Below, piece by piece: positions 50,972-63,744 of a stretch of DNA of 64,000 bases. Within the stretch, counting starts at the first letter, position 1; each line of letters begins with the position of its first letter. The stretch spans positions 471,264 through 535,263 of the forward strand of contig BPLQ01011166.1 in the NCBI GenBank assembly GCA_021605075.1, in the 5' to 3' direction. This stretch comes from Caerostris darwini (Eukaryota). The notes below the pieces were generated by a model. That model was not told the origin of the DNA. It did no database searches and saw nothing but the letters and a program-made list of their open reading frames with translations. The position numbers were made by a program, and so were the translations under genes.

Positions 50972-53900
50972 GTGGAACATCTTAGTAGCTGTTCAGACAA
51001 TTCTGGGATGGACAGTAATGGCAAAAAAATTTCTGATGCTAAGTTAGATAGTTCTCTTCTTGTTCTGTCATTATACATAAATGATGCTAAAATTACAGAC
51101 TTATGGAATTTAGATTCGTTGGGTATTTTAGATCCTAGCGAAAAGCAATCGAAAGAAGAAATGCAGAAATTAGTTTGGGAACATTTCGAATCAACAGTTA
51201 GCAGAGAAAATGACGGAAGATATATAGTATCTCTTCCTTGGATAGATAGATGTCCTTCAATTCCTGATAATAAATATTTGGCTCAGAAACGTTTAAAAAA
51301 TACTGTTAAAAATTTGAATGCAAACAACTGTTTAGTAGAGTATGAACAAGTGTTTAAAGAATGGGAAGAAGAAGATGTTATCGAAGAAATAGTACCTGGT
51401 CCAAATTGTTATGAAGTCTCAAGTGTACACTATTTGCCGCATCGAGCTGTCATAAAAGAAAATTCTACTACCAAAATAAGACCAGTTTTTGATGGTTCAG
51501 CTCGTGTTAATAACTCTATATCTTTGAATGATTGTATTGAAAAAGGACCCAATCTCATTGAACTGATTCCAGCTGTTTTGAATCGATTTAGGTTGGGTAA
51601 CATTGGTGTCACTGCTGATATTCGTCGAGCATTTTTACAGATATCTTTAAATGAAAAGGACAGAGACTATTTACGCTTCTTATGGTGGAAAGAAGGTGAT
51701 CCTGAAAATGAAATTATTTATAGACATTGTAGAGTTGTTTTTGGCATTAATTGCAGTCCCTTTTTGTTAGCTGCAACTCTCAATCATCATTTGAATCAGA
51801 CAACCAAAGAATTTAAAGAGATAGCTGAAAAACTACAAGAATCTTTATATGTGGACAACTGCGTAGCAAGTGTTGATTCAGAAGAAGAATTAAAGTATTT
51901 TTGTAATGAATCACAGAAATTATTGCAATCAGCTAAATTTGATCTACGTGGTTGGAAACATACTAAATTTAAAGAAACTGTATTGAATCAAGAGGAGAAT
52001 GAAGATGAAGTCGAAGTTCCTTTGTTAGGTTTATCTTGGAATACAGTTGATGATACTTTATCATGTGATTTCAGAAAATTTAAATTAGAAGATGAACCCA
52101 TTACAAAAAGGAAAATATTGTCCTTAGCTCATAAGATTTTTGATCCAATAGGATTCACTTGTCCTGTGACATTAGTTCCGAAGATAATACTACAAGAATG
52201 TTGGAAAATCAAAGTTTCTTGGGACACAAAATTGCCAGAAAACATAGTAAAGATGTTTAAGAAGTGGAAAAACCGAATTATCGAATTAAAGAAAATTGCT
52301 ATCCCTCGAAGATTATCCCGATTGTCATTCAAGCAGGGTAAATTATCTATTCACGTATTCTGTGATGCCTGCAAAACATCTTATGCTACTTGCATATTTT
52401 TAAGAAATGAGTTTCAGGATCAAGTGACTTGCCAACTACTTCAAGCTAGATCCAGAGTAGCCCCTCTAAAGAACATAACTATCGTGAGGTTAGAATTACT
52501 AGCCTGTTGTATTGGAGCAAGACTTGCTGATACAGTTAAGAAAGATTTGAAACTTGAAGATGTTGATGTATTTTATTGGTCAGACTCTATGGACGCTTTA
52601 CATTGGATCAAGAAAGAAGGCCCATGGAAGACATTTGTTGAAAATAGAGTCAAAGAAATTAGAAAATTATCTGAAGTAACTTCATGGAAATTTGTACCTG
52701 GTCATCAAAATCCAGCTGACCTTCCCTCACGAGGTTGTAATGCCGAAGAATTAGTGAAATCTCAATGGTGGGAGGGACCTAGTTGGCTCTATCAATCTTT
52801 TGAAAAATGGCCTACTTCTGAAATGTTTCCTGATTTAGAAGTTGTTAATTCAGAAAAAAAAAGAAAAGTTGTTATATCTGCATCTAATATCGAAACAGAA
52901 ACTTTTGAATATTTTTAAGAATTTCGTCTTACAAAAGATCGTAAGAATTATGGGGTGGATACTTCGTTTCATCAACAATATTAAGAAAAGGGTAAATGAA
53001 AGAACTTTTTGTAACTTAAGTGTTGAAGAATGTGATAAAGCGGAGAAAATAATTTTAAGAAAAGTTCAAAGAGAATGTTTTGAGAAAAACAGAAATCTTT
53101 CAATGCAGACCTATTTAGATCCAGATGATCTCCTTAGAGTAAAGACAAGAATTATACAAAGAAAAGATCAAGAAGTTTTCGATATCCAATTTTGCTACCA
53201 TCAAAGCATCATATAGTAGACAAATTAATATTTGACAAGCATGTTGAACTTTGCCATGCAGGTATACAAGTCTTGATGTCTACGTTACGAGAAGAATATT
53301 GGATTATAAAAAGCAGAAAGACTATTCGTCAAGTCATTAGAAACTGTCTCCGATGCAAAAGATTTTCCATACATCCTCTTCAATCTATTAGTGCTCCACT
53401 CCCCGAAGATAGAATAAGAGAAGCTCAAGTATTCGAAGTCATTGGTGTAGATCTGTGTGGACCATTGTTTTTGAAAGACAACAAAAAATGTTGGATTGTC
53501 TTATTTACTTGTGCTATTTTTCGTGCTGTTCATTTAGAACTTGTAAGTTTTCTTTCTACAGATAGCTTCATATTAGCTTTAAGAAGATTTATCTCTCGTA
53601 GAGGAAGACCTTGTACAATATATTCTGATAATGGTACAAATTTAGTTGGTACATCTAATGAACTGAAATCTGTTAATTGGGAAAAAATAGAAGAATTTGC
53701 TGCCATTAAGAAGATTAATTGGAAATTAAATCCGCCATCAGCCCCATGGTGGGGTGGATTTTGGGAAAGACTTATTGGTATGTTAAAAGGAATAATGAGA
53801 AAAATCTTGGGTAAAGCTAGTCTGCATTATGAAGAAATGCATACTGTTATATGCGAAGCAGAAAGCATAATTAATTCAAGACCATTAACATATCTGTCTG

Positions 53901-54520
53901 AAGACATAGAAGATCTTATTGCACTTACACCAGCAATGTTCATTCAAGAAATAAAAGAAGTTGGAATGCCGGATTTAGATCAGATGGATTCTAAAAGAAT
54001 GAATAAACGATTTATGTATAGACAAAGACTTCGTGAAGATCTCAGAAGGCGATTTCGAAATGAATACCTTGGTCAACTAAAAGAATTTTCCAAACTCCAG
54101 GAAGAAGCAAAAATTAAGGAAGGTGATATCGTCTTGATTGGTGATAGCAACATGAAAAGACTAAATTGGCCTTTAGCAAAAGTAGTGAAACTTTTTCCTG
54201 GTAAAGACAATAAAGTTCGAGTTGTTGAATTGAAAACCAAGAATGGGTGTTTCATAAGACCTATACAGCGCTTATATTCATTAGAAATTAGACAAGATGA
54301 AAGGTGTGCCTTGCAGAGTAGGACTCCACCATCTGACTCCTTCCGCAACAAGTGCCCCGACACTGATGATTCCACATCAGATCCAGTGACTGTCATCGAA
54401 TCCAGTGATTGTCCACAATCTATTGACTGTCAACCATATGACAGGTGTGATAATAGTGATACTTATCAGACATCCCGTTGTGGAAGAATCCTAAGATCTC
54501 CTAAGCGATTGGACTTATGA
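50972..54520 (+). pseudogene. BEL/Pao pol (protease C-terminal part, RT, RNase H, integrase), in 3 overlapping ORFs with 2 frameshifts, GTG-initiated in the ORF track
   Basis: ORFs 50972..52918, 52842..53216 and 53192..54520. Pao-type RT (DIRRAFLQISL, YVDNCVAS). Integrase (HAGIQVLMSTLREEYWI, CLRCKRF, SDNGTNL). DUF5641-like tail. Confidence 0.75.
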
Positions 54521-55205
54521 TTTTGAGTTTCATTATTCTCTTGAAACTCAAAGGTGGGAGAATGTCGAAAATGATGCCGAACAAGAACTTTTTGATTTGT
54601 ATGTCACGTGAACACTTTTCCTCTCTTAACTGTAACCAACCGTACTTCGGTTTAAGAACTGTACTTCCTTGTTAGTAGTTAGCCGCGCTAAGATGCGCTT
54701 TCTCTGTCTGTATGTCTGTCTGTAAATTTTTGTATCTTCTCGTCATTAATATGCTGAAATAAAGTATTTAAAAAAGAATATTGGAATTAATCGGCTGCTT
54801 CCCGCCCCTTTGGATACCTCTTTCTTAATAATCCTGGAACTGGAATGGTAAGAGAAATTTTATATGAACCTTTCTAGTTTTATTTTGGAGGATTGTTTTC
54901 CAAGCATCAACAATTTTCATCAATCAGCAACTTCAGACATATCGAATAACCATGAAATGAAAGAACTTCTACTCATGACCAAATTCTTTTGGAGTTTGTT
55001 TCGTTATCTTTAATATTTTTGCGATGAAAAAATCGGAACAAAATGTGTTGACCACCGTTACCGGAGTTTTGCAGATCGAACTAATGTTCCTCAATTATAA
55101 TTGACAACCAGACGGAAGAACTTCCCAAATGCCTTTTGCAAATTAAAAGTTTTTCAACCACACCTGGATGACTACAGAATTGATCACGACCCATCCAACC
55201 TATAA

Positions 55206-58200
55206 ATGTCAAGAATTGTCCTAAAAACCCTGCTAATTTCACTCCTGCTCCTCCCAAAAAAGGTCAACGCTTGGACGGAGAGACTTAAAAAACAATTACA
55301 ACAAATGAAGCCTGAAAACTCCAACCAATTGTCTCTTGAACATCAGAAGGCTTCTCCAACTCTTCCTCCTTCTTCAGATGACTTTCCAACTCTTTTACCC
55401 AGACCTCTCACCATACTACTTCTCCAATACTCTGCAGGCTTCCACGGAAACACCTCCAATTCCACTCATTCTGCAACAATTAGTTGGGGTACTTTCAAAT
55501 CTTTCTGTTTTAATAACTGCTCTTCAAAATCAACCAGTCAATAACATTCAATAGATCGACCAATAATTCTATCTTATGCGTGACTTGGAACTCCAATAGT
55601 CTTAAAGGAAAAATTAATGATTTACAAAATTTTATATCTGAAAATAAACCTCATGTATTTGCTCTCCAAGAAACACATCTTCGGCCAGGCGATTCCTTCA
55701 AAATTCCAAATTATATCATATATCGCTCCGATCGTCTTACCCACAGAGGAGGAGGCACGGCTATCTGCATTCATAAAAATATTAATCATCATCAAATTCA
55801 TTTTACTACAACCAGCTTTGAAAACTCTGCTATCGTTATTAATCTCAAGAATAACCTAAAAATTACTGTTGCTAGCATTTATCACCCTCCAATTGGTAGA
55901 TTCCTCACACAAGAACTTGATACAATAGCGAACTCGAATCAACAAGTACTTCTACTTGGTGACTTCAATTCCAAGCATCCTGCATGGAATAATGGACGCA
56001 GCAACATAAATGGTTCTATTCTCTTCGATTGGACAAATCTTAATGCATTCAATGTTATTGCTCCTAATGATCCCACGTATTTCTGCCTTCACAATCCCTG
56101 CAATAGTACTCTTGACATCGCACTTCTTAAAAATTTAAACGCTGGGCCTGCTTCTACTATCAACGATCTTTCCAGTGATCATAACCCTGTGATAGTTGAA
56201 GTGTCTCCTAATTCATTTACGCCCTTCCTCAATAGCCTAATCACAACTACCAATTGGAATATTTTTACTAAAATTCTCTTTCAAAGCATTCCTGATAATC
56301 CAGTCATCTCCAATATTCAAGATATTGACAAAATAATTGATAAATTCAACTATGCTGTTATTTCTGCTATCAACCTTGCTAACAAATCTAAAGAACTCAG
56401 TACACCACACCAAAAACTTCCGACTGAAATCACCTCTAAAATTGCGGGAAAAAACAGAATTCGAAAATTATGGCAAGATACAAGGTTTCCTCCGTTCAAG
56501 CAATCCTTCAACAAGCTTCAAAAAGAAATAAAGCAAATGATTCACAAATTAAAAAATGACAGATGGAATGAATTTTTATTAGGCCTAAATCCAGAAGATA
56601 ATTCTCTCTTCAAAATTAACAAGCATTTTACCAAAAAATATCCCAAAATTCCTCCACTGGTAGGATCCCCCGGTCTTATATTCTCATCTTCTGATAAAGC
56701 GAACTCTTTTGCTGAAAACCTTGAACTCTCCTTTCAAGAACACTGAACCTTGCTATTACTCACAAATTGAGCATGTTGAAGATACAGTAACTTCCTTTCT
56801 AGCTGATCATCAAAATTATCATAACAATATTTTTTTTTCTCCATCTGACATAATTAACTTAATCAAGAATCTCAACATTCGGAAATCTTCTGGACCTGAC
56901 AGCATTCCAAATAAAGCCTTAATGTGTCTCCCCCTTAATGCCATTACTCATCTTGCAAAAATCTGCAACAGCTGTACTAAATATCACTACTTCCCTCCTA
57001 TCTGGAAAAAAGCAAATATCATCATGTTCCCAAAACCTGGAAAAGATAGGAAATTTCGTCAAAATTATCGGCCTATCAGTCTCCTTAGCTGTCTAGGAAA
57101 CATCACTCAACTTGTCATCAACTTCTACGTGTCACCAATATCATCACTGAAGGATATAACTATAAATATTTTACAGGAGGTGTCTTTCTAGATGTCAAAA
57201 AAGCTTTCGATCGACTGTATCACAATGGACTGATCTACAAAATGATCAAACTTCAATTTCCAACTTGGATCCCACTTATCATTACAAATTATCTTAAAAT
57301 TAGAACCTTTCAAGTTCAACTTCATAATGAATTCTCCAAAATCGGTCGTATTTGTGCTGGTATACCACAAGGAAGCGTGCTAAGTCCTGTTCTTTACAAT
57401 ATCTTTACCTACGACTTTCCTCAATGCACTAACATCTCCACTTGCCTATTTGCTGACGATTCTGCTGCTCTTGCCCAAGATGCTTCTTTATTAGATATAC
57501 TTTATTTATTAGATTTATTAGATTAGATACTATTAGATATTTCTGAATATCCTGGAGGATTGGCTAACTAAATGGCGCATCGCAATTAATGTCTCTAAAT
57601 CTCAAGCTATCGTTTTCCGAAAAGGTCACGCCAGACAACCATATATTAATCTCTCCCTTTTTGAACAACAAATTGAATGGGCAACTAATATTAAATATCT
57701 CGGCTTAATTATAGACAATAAACTTACGTTTCGAGCTCATATTCAAAAAATCAAAGAAAAATGTTGGAAAAAATTTTATCTCTCTCTACCACTCATTAAT
57801 AAATTTTCTAAATTAACTTTGTCAAACAAACTTCTTCTCTACAAACAAGTTCTTAGGCCTATCCTTACCTATGCTGCCCCAATCTGGGGTCTAGCTGCAC
57901 AATCTAACAAGATATCTGTACAAATTATTCAAAACAAACTTCTTCGTAGTATCACTGGTGCACCCTGGTTTGTCCGCAACTCTACAATTCAACAAGATTT
58001 AAAAATTGATTCTATTGACAACTATATTACTAAACTTTCTAGAAATTTCCTCAATACCATTGCTACTCACGAAAACCCTCTCATCAAGGCACAAACTATA
58101 TTTGCGCAATTGAATGGAAAATAGAAGTATCCTTTCTCTACTTTTATATGGAATCGAAGTCTCAAACCACCATAATTTCCTGCTCACTTATCGCTTTTTA

Positions 58201-58418
58201 GATATTTTACTTCAACGCATATTTACTGATCATAAATTTCTTGTTACGTTTCCATCACCGATGATTTACATTTTTCTTAGTTTCTTCTTTTTTTTTCTCT
58301 CAAATCATACGATTACTATTAACTATTTATCATGACTTTTCTTTCCTACTGCCTTCACATGCCATTGAGTAGATGAACGCTTCGCGTTCAGGCACTCGAC
58401 ATCTTTATTCAACAATGA
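55206..58418 (+). mobile_element. Non-LTR retrotransposon (Jockey/R1-like clade, a family distinct from the minus-strand LINE), with APE endonuclease and RT. ORF2 is frameshifted, and the 5' region and ORF1 are unclear
   Basis: Endonuclease ORF 55580..56746 (LQETHLRPGDSF, GGGTAICIH, LLLGDFNSKHPAWN, SDHNPV). RT pieces 56709..57191 (the ORF reads YRPISLL; YFPPIWKKANIIMFPKPGKD also present), 57242..57526 (the ORF reads FADDSAA) and 57819..58124 (LLYKQVLRPILTYAAPIWG). The 3' end at ~58418 is defined by the end of homology with the truncated copy at 12447-12970. Confidence 0.75.
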
Positions 58419-60299
58419 GGATGAAGTGAATATTTTTTTAATCTGTTTTCGAAGCTGATGGCCCTGGGTACTGAAACGAGTAAGCAGTGAAGGGGAGAGA
58501 CTTCGAAAACCGCAAAAAAGGGGAAGAGAAGAGTGCAGACTTTCCGAACAAAAAAAAGTGAGGAAATTATTAGGGGAAAAATCCCCTAAAAACAGGACCA
58601 TAAGATCATGAAACTCCCTTATTTACTAGATCAAAAAATTGCGAAGGTAAAAGGCAACGAAATGGAGTCAAATATCGTAAAAAGACGAAAAGTTTGCAGA
58701 CAACGTTTTCTACCTCTGGGCCTGGATTCGTTTGGCGCTTTCTTAGAAAAGAAATAACAGGTCGGTGCTGCTCACTAATCTCATGCGAATGTCCTATCTT
58801 TTTTGATGCTGCTTTATCTTAATATATCCAAATATTGTTAAACCTAAATAATGTAAAAAGGCATTTAATTATCTATTTTGCTTATTAACTCAAAGGGCAT
58901 GAGACCACCGCTATGTTTCAACATTTTACAAAGAAGGAGCTAGTGGCCGCTACGCGGCCAAGGATCTCCGTAATAATCTACAATAACAACAACCTAAATA
59001 ATGTCTTGTTATCCTAATTAACTAAACTTTTCTGTAATATATTCTTAATCACATTTTGTTTGATTTATTTTCATTATATTTTCCATGCTTATTCTATAAC
59101 GTTTTTTATATTCTACTTCTTCAGAAATATTTGTAGTTTATTTAAATGCAGCTTTTATTCAACTGAAGGAAAACTAGGAATATCTCATTTATGAGAATAA
59201 GTGTTCATAGTGACAGAGGTTTCAGAGGTGGTTCATATTTGTATCTAAATTCTCACTCATGCTCCCTCTCTTTTGACTGTATGACCACTAATGATCAAAC
59301 TTTAAAAAAAAAAAAAAAACACACATATATATATATATTCGCTAAAAGACTTTAGTAAGAAAATGTGTTAATTTAATTTTCAATACAAAAATAATTTCTT
59401 ATATAACTGTTACATTTTAAATTTATAAAATTTTAAACGTGTAAAATTTTTCTTAGTCATCAGAAAAGAATAATAAAACTTAACGAAATATACCGCTTTA
59501 AAATTGTAAGTCTTAAGTTTGATATAAAAAAAAATATTTTAGACAAATGATTCCGTGGCTACTTTACAAAGTAGCTTATATCAATCTTCTATATTAATAT
59601 AAAGTATATATCTGTAACTTTAAATTACTCAGTAGCTGGCTGCATCATAATGCATATTTGCATTATGCAAATATAATATTAAATAAATATTCAAAATTGT
59701 ATTAAATTATTTTTTTTCAGAAGTCTGCGATACAAATAAAAAATATATTTCTAAACAAAATTAAATTTTGCAATGTTTTTTTAAGTACCATAGTTTCCTG
59801 CTTTATAATTTGCAGCACTGTAATATAAAGGTGTATTTTTGGCCTGAAAGGAATACGTCTTGCATAATCCGCAGGTGATTCGCATCTGCTCTTTGACCTA
59901 TCATAACCAGGAGTGGACAGACGTCAACAGGAATCTCATACTGATTCCACATTTCTTTTGGGACCCGTGTCATTAGATACATTAGCCAATATTTATTTAG
60001 CGTTATTAGAAATCAATTAGACAATAACCAGTAATTTTATAGAATAAATACAATATTGTCTATAACCTAATAACAAGCCTTATTCATCTACTAGTACAAC
60101 GCATGATGTGCATCACAATTAGTATATTTTTGTAAAAATTCGGTTTCCTTACATCATCCACTGCTGCGTATCTTTGTGTTAAGAAGATTGATAATTTTTT
60201 TTCCTCATACAAAAAGTTATGCCATTTTTTTTTTATTGTCGTTTATTTAAAAAATTATTCTTAGGGATGATTTTTAAAATAAATTGAATTTTAAGAAAC

Positions 60300-60821
60300 T
60301 CCGTCTCTCAAAAATGTCCACAGTTTTCAAGCAAATATAAAAAATACAGTAAAAGAACATTCAATTTAAACTTTTCAAGAAGCAAGCATTGCTTCATCCA
60401 ATCAGTACTCTCCATCGGATAACATGAAAGCTCAAACGAAAATGAATAACTCCCCACTACATAACAGAGAAATCCATCTCTCAAATTGGTGTAATTCTGA
60501 TCTTCCTACCAGCACTACAGTTTCATTAAGTACAGCATTTCCCCTTCTTGATGTGGATTCTTTAATATGTGTGTATTGCATCTCATTCTCTTTCTCGTTA
60601 TCCTCCCTTCCTTTTATTTTAATTGTTTCCTTCAATTACCAACATTAAAGCTCATTCTATCATAATTTTGATTCAGAGTAAAAGAATCGGAACAGTAACT
60701 CTAGTCTCTCGCATTCAAACTTATCGTCGATCTCATGTTCAGCTAGCCACTTTACAGAAGGAAAAACTTGCATTTAAAAAAGACAGTCTAGAAATCTTTA
60801 GTTTTTCAGATTTCGAGGAAG

Positions 60822-60861
<40 letters not shown>
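60300..60861 (+). mobile_element. Possible retroposed sequence ending in a 37-nt poly(A) tract (60825-60861)
   Basis: A long pure A-run ends abruptly. Upstream 500 bp has no recognisable coding content. The 5' boundary is unknown. Confidence 0.25.
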
Positions 60862-60863
<2 letters not shown>

Positions 60864-62965
60864 CCATCAGCCTCTAGTTTTGAAAAAACTATATCGTCAT
60901 TCTAGTAAATACAAAATTAAATTCATGCATTGAATATTAATTTCTTTGAACATTTTTACATTGATAAAAAAACATAGCATGAAAGAAAATTAATGCAAAA
61001 CAATGATTAGGAAATGAAAAAATACAATGAAAAAAAATACACATAAGCATTAATGTGTAAAAAGTATCAAATATTGAGTTGTCTCCGTGATTCAGATCTA
61101 TTAAAAAATCCGTTAAGAATTACGAATTACGAATGAGTATATTTTACTGAAGGTAACTAGATTTCAACTAAGCTGTGTCCATTCTCGAGAGCAAATGGAG
61201 TGAGTGACGCGCTGGTTCTCTGAAATCTGGACGAGACATAGATTCATGTTACCTCATATTTCTGCAGTTGGGACAGGTAAAACTCCAGCTGCTATATAGA
61301 GTAGCGATAAATAAAATGCACATGTCGGTGCAGTAATGTAAACTTTCGGTGTACAATATTAATGTTTAAAGTTACGTCAACAGACACTTTATACTTAGAT
61401 TGCCTTTGGATTAAAAGGCATCCTTTTAAAATATGCAATTAATCAGAGGTACATTAAAAAATAGTAAAATGATTGTATATCGTAACATAATTATCACTCC
61501 AATTGATTATTTTTCTGCTAAATAAATATTCAATTACATTTTTACACAGATTTTATGTATAAAAGACTTAAAGTTATTGTACATTACCTGTAACATATTT
61601 AATAATAAAGTTAATGTCATTAATTCCCAGAACCTTTGAAGTGCAGTCTTTGTCGCCTACCGACAATCATTTGTTAATTCTATTCGCATGTAAGTTATTG
61701 CCTTTTCATTCCCAAATATAATTTAAAAATTTCATACACATTTTCGTAGAAGTCTGAAAAAAGCTAATCCATTTTATTAATTAAATCGTAGAACAAAAGA
61801 AAACTTAGCGAGTTTGTTTATCTAAAGTGCATTAGAACTAAAATTGCAAACGCTGGTTTCCACCAGATACCAAATTCGTAAGACTTAGAATGCCAGCCAA
61901 TTGGAAGTTTAGCCTCTTTTCCTTTCTTTCAAGATAGCTTTTGACTTGAATTTCATCCAACTTCTGAACACCAAGTCTCAGCAGAAAGAGGGCCTTTAAC
62001 CAATGCGTAGTTTATTTTGGGATGAGGATATTTATGCTACTAGCACATTAAAAAATTAGGCTATAAGTTCAAAAATAAGTTCTTTCATGCACTCGCTCAA
62101 ATCCATTTTTTGGTGGGCATTCACTTTAATTTACCACATTTTAAATATTTTCCCTTTATTCGTCTACCCATGGTCAGTGTGACCACAAGAAATAAACCTC
62201 TTTGCAGCGAGATTCCAGTCGTTTTTAGGAATGTTGTAAGCTCTTAGATGCGTGACCAAAATAATGGAGTTCGTTCTGCAAAGAAATTTATAAAGAGAGA
62301 AAAAAACTATGGAGAAAAATGACAGTGGTCGGAGAAATGTTGATAGCGACATTGTAATTTTTAGAGAATATATAACACATTCTCAGTAGAGCATGTAGCT
62401 TGTATGCAATGATGTTTTCCCCCCGTATTATTGGCGTATGTTCATTCTGTATTATTGGCGGGATGAGAAAAGAGGAGCCCTATTATGTAGCTGTTTGTAA
62501 ATCAAAGGCTTAGTTATTGTTGTTTTTTAATTTAAATGAATGTAAATTTAATGTCTCTAAATATTTATTATTTTGTTCTATCAAAAAATAAAATTACTTT
62601 TGTGTTTTATGAGAATTATTTAAAATTTATTAATTATTATTCATATTATAGATAATTTATCAAATGCCCAATCTTTCTACGCAATGAGAAATTTTTTTTA
62701 AATTAAAACTTTTATCCTTTTCTGTTTATTTATATATTGTGATTCACATTATGATAATAAATCATTGTGAAAAAAAATTATAGTTGTCAATGAATTAATA
62801 AGAATAAGAGTAACCATTTTTATTTTTATCACATGGGAACACCCGAAAATCTTCAAGAGTGCAGAGAACTATTGGATTAGTCTTTAGAACTGTTGAATAT
62901 TTCGAACTTCAAACCCAAAAGAAAAAGTACCGTACAGGATCACAAACCGTACTTTATTGTAACCG

Positions 62966-63255
62966 GCCGAGAGGATAGAGCTCTGGCGCTCGGTACCACA
63001 GGTTTCGGGTTCGAGTCCCATGTGTGCCATGGATGTTTGTAGTGGTTCGGAATCCACTTTAAACTGTAGGTCCCGGTCTAATATGATCGCAGAGCATTGC
63101 GGGGGCATTGTTACTCCGCGTCTGTGGTTTATCTTCAAGTTACACGCGCCCCCTGGGTAATGCAAAGTGAGTACGTCTGTGCAGCGCTTGCCTTAAGGCA
63201 TCCAAAACCAAGCTGTCTAAGTGTTTGCCAGCTACATTAGAAAGAAAAAGAAAAG
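62966..63255 (+). mobile_element. tRNA-derived SINE copy (subfamily 2) with perfect 15-bp TSD ACTTTATTGTAACCG
   Basis: TSD at 62951-62965 and 63256-63270. tRNA-like head GGCCGAGAGGATAGAGCTCTGGCGCTCGGTACCACAGGTTTCGGGTTCGAGTCCC carries a B box. A-rich 3' tail. Confidence 0.85.
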
Positions 63256-63442
63256 ACTTTATTGTAACCGTTATCTTGTGTGGATTAGGCCAATTGTAAA
63301 GTGTATAAAATCGGTTTACATGGATCACTCGAGGGAGCTTTTGGAAATATTTTTACGAGTTGCCCGCAGAATGCTGGATAAATTTATAATCTTGTATAAC
63401 TTGAATCCAATTACCAGGGCTGGACGGTTTACTTCATAAAAT

Positions 63443-63744
63443 TTTTTTTTTTTTTTTGTTCCAATGCAGCTGGCAAACACTTTGACAGCTTGGTCTCGGA
63501 TGCCTTAAGGCAAGCGCTGCACAGACGTTACTCACTTTGCATTACCCAGGAGGCTCGTGTAACTTGAAGATACGGACGCGGAGTAACAATGCCCCCGCAA
63601 CGTTCTACGATCCTATTAGGACCGGGACCTACGGTTTAAAGTGGTTTCCGAACCATTACAAACATCGATGGCACCGCCGGGACTCGAACCCGAAACCTGT
63701 GGTACCGAGCGCCAGAGCGGTAGCCACTCGGCCATTCAGGCCCT
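63443..63744 (-). mobile_element. tRNA-derived SINE copy (subfamily 2), inverted relative to the 62966-63255 copy and ~200 bp away from it
   Basis: Reverse complement is ~90% identical to 62966-63255. Poly-T at 63443-63457 is the minus-strand poly(A). tRNA-like head AATGGCCGAGTGGCTACCGCTCTGGCGCTCGGTACCACAGGTTTCGGGTTCGAGTCCCGG has the Ser/Leu-type D-arm GGCCGAGTGG and a B box. Confidence 0.8.

Larger units (their letters stand above)
44522..54899 (+). mobile_element. BEL/Pao-family LTR retrotransposon (~10.4 kb including a nested ~4.5 kb Gypsy-like insertion), LTRs ~338 bp
   Basis: Direct repeats 44522-44859 and 54563-54899 are ~96% identical, with a polypurine tract AAAGGTGGGAGAA immediately 5' of the 3' LTR. 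The gag (45164..46426) has the Pao-type gag domain and ends in the protease active site VIIDTGSQRS. The pol (50972..54520) has Pao-type RT, RNase H and integrase, with a DUF5641-like C-terminus (LNWPLAKVVKLFPGKDNKVRVVELKT). Confidence 0.8.
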
